From Acidimicrobiales bacterium (GTDB taxonomy: Bacteria > Actinomycetota > Acidimicrobiia > Acidimicrobiales > WLNW01), in NCBI GenBank assembly GCA_039934635.1, contig JBDTLT010000002.1, positions 4,963 through 68,962 on the forward strand: 64,000 bases of DNA, given 5' to 3'. The notes under the pieces are model-generated. The model was not told the origin of the DNA. It saw nothing but the letters and a program-made list of their open reading frames with translations, and searched no databases. The position numbers and the translations under genes were made by a program. Shown here piece after piece: positions 62,424-64,000 of this stretch. Within the stretch, counting starts at the first letter, position 1; every line of letters begins with the position of its first letter.

Positions 62424-62503
62424 GGTGGCACGGTAGGGGGGTTCTGGGCCCAATGGCCCACCCACGCGGCAGCCGTCGCCCGAAGCCCGAAGCGCGCGGG
62501 AGA

Positions 62504-63922
62504 TCATCGATCGTGGCGCCAATCGGCGCCGGTCTCGACTCCGGCGACATCGGCCGGCAGCAAGACGGTGAGATCGTCGTCGGTCGGTGCCGCGATGGCG
62601 ACGACGCGCGCCGCGTGGCGGGCGATGGCGGCTTCGAACAGGTTGCGCGATTCGCGTCCGTTGCCGAAGCCTTTGCCCCGTGGCAGCGCATCGAGCCACG
62701 CGTGGACGGCATCGGCGGTCGTATCGGCCAGGGTGTAGCCGGCGCGCGCCGCCGCCTGCTGGAAGATCGTGACGAGCTCCGCGGTCGAGTAGTCGGGGAA
62801 GACGATGGTCTTGGGGAATCGTGACGCGAGCCCTGGATTCGAGCCGACGAGTTGCGCCATCTCGTCGGGGTATCCCGCCATGATGCAGACCATGCGATCG
62901 CGTCGGTCCTCGACGAGTTTGACGACGGTGTCGATCGCTTCTTGACCGAAGTCCCGTTCGCCGCCACGAGCCAGCGAGTACGCCTCGTCGATCAACAAGA
63001 CTCCCTGATCGGCCTGCTCGAAAACTGCCTGCACCTTGGTGGCGGTCTGCCCGACGTAGCCGGCGACGAGACCGCTGCGATCGGTCTCGACGAGATGGCC
63101 TTTGGCTACGACGCCGAGCGCCCGGTAGATCTGCGCGAGCAGCCGCGCGACGGTGGTCTTGCCGGTGCCGGGGTTGCCGACAAAGACGAGGTGACGGCTG
63201 GCGGCGGTCGTCTTGAGTCCGCGCTCCTTGCGCATCTTTTGCACCTGCAACAGCGCGGTGACCAACTTGACCTCGTGTTTGACGTCGGCCATACCGACGA
63301 GGTCGTCGAGGTCGGTCATGACTTCTTCGAGGGGCCGCGCCGGTTGCGCGGCGACCCCAGCGGCATTGGTGCCCGAATCGGTGCCCGTCGATGCGGCCGC
63401 CGTGGACGAATTACGCACTCCCGACTGATCCATCGTCGCCAGCAACGTCGTGCGGTAGCGCTCGATGGTCGAGAGCTCGACGTCGGACGTGTAGTCGTCG
63501 ATCGAGACCGTGGTGAACAGGATGCGCATGGCGAAGTCGTAGTACACCGACGAATGTCGCGTGCCTGCGGCGCGGTCGGCAGACACGATCTCTGCGAACA
63601 ACGGCGACGCCATGTCGAGGAACGAACGCTTGCCCGCGACGAGGCCTGCGCTGCGCACGTCGGGAGGCGTGATGTCGCGGCGCCCGAGATCGGGGAACGA
63701 GCGCTCGAGCGCGGCGACGTACGCGCGCAGCTCGCTGTCGGACTGTGCGCCGTCGCAGTCGATGACGCCGGCGGCCAAGTTCAACGCGTCGCGCGCGAGG
63801 TCGGCCCGTAGCTGCGCAATCGGCCGGTGGAGCGGATCGGGGCCGAGCGATACCAGCGCGCGTGCGAGTTCGGTGACGAACTCGTCGATCACGTTCGCCA
63901 AGACATCGTTGGCTCCGTACAC
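62504..63922 (-). CDS. AAA+ ATPase (CbbX/SpoVK/EccA-like) with TerB-like N-terminal domain
   Basis: 472 aa. Walker A FVGNPGTGKTTVARLLA, Walker B LLIDEAYSL, and ..GNGRESRNLFE... The N-terminal ~170 aa has DGxxSxxE-type repeats (CDGAQSDSELRAYVAAL; DDYTSDVELSTIERY). GTG start. Confidence 0.88.
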   Translation of the reverse strand: MYGANDVLANVIDEFVTELARALVSLGPDPLHRPIAQLRADLARDALNLAAGVIDCDGAQSDSELRAYVAALERSFPDLGRRDITPPDVRSAGLVAGKRSFLDMASPLFAEIVSADRAAGTRHSSVYYDFAMRILFTTVSIDDYTSDVELSTIERYRTTLLATMDQSGVRNSSTAAASTGTDSGTNAAGVAAQPARPLEEVMTDLDDLVGMADVKHEVKLVTALLQVQKMRKERGLKTTAASRHLVFVGNPGTGKTTVARLLAQIYRALGVVAKGHLVETDRSGLVAGYVGQTATKVQAVFEQADQGVLLIDEAYSLARGGERDFGQEAIDTVVKLVEDRRDRMVCIMAGYPDEMAQLVGSNPGLASRFPKTIVFPDYSTAELVTIFQQAAARAGYTLADTTADAVHAWLDALPRGKGFGNGRESRNLFEAAIARHAARVVAIAAPTDDDLTVLLPADVAGVETGADWRHDR

Positions 63923-64000
63923 GGCGCCGATCGTATCGGCGGCGGGGGACGAGGCGGAGTGGTCCAGCGCCGCCGGCCACGGCGCGATAAATTCTACGAC

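Overview
This window is 64 kb of very GC-rich, almost gap-free chromosomal core from an actinobacterium. The gene order is the classic actinobacterial arrangement: glyA-wecA-atpZ/I-BEFHAGDC, murA, iscS-mnmA...ligA...gatCAB...ilvD, argG. The exact taxon cannot be determined from the sequence alone. I support about 66 protein-coding genes, one degraded MFS pseudogene, three in-frame tandem-repeat or low-complexity tracts, and a few hairpins and repeats in intergenic DNA. I see no rRNA, tRNA, CRISPR array, transposase, integrase or prophage signature. Many long ORFs in the six-frame track are antisense or out-of-frame artefacts of GC3 bias and were rejected. Start codons were refined by eye using motif position, RBS-like purine runs and stop/start overlaps, so they remain approximate. 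The best follow-up candidates are: (1) a seven-gene MoxR AAA+/DUF58 envelope module with DUF4129, DUF4350, SpoIIM-like and RDD partners (22.1-29.1 kb), function unknown. (2) A Tat-signal DUF1501 protein coupled to DUF1800 and fused to three tandem 369-bp (123-aa) copies of an uncharacterised domain (56.3-60.0 kb). (3) A five-gene translationally coupled exporter operon (2x ABC ATPase/ABC-2 permease plus MATE) whose second ATPase begins with 14+7 consecutive prolines (42.7-47.6 kb). (4) A zinc-ribbon/acidic-repeat protein, an orphan C-terminal J-domain protein and an alpha/beta hydrolase (13.6-15.8 kb). (5) A string of TerB-like AAA+ ATPase, cold-shock protein and fatty-acid desaturase (60.9-63.9 kb). 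(6) ATP synthase peculiarities: a 35-aa acidic C-terminal extension on alpha and a signal-peptide-like presequence on b. All family assignments are by eye from motifs and remembered family signatures. None has been checked against a database.
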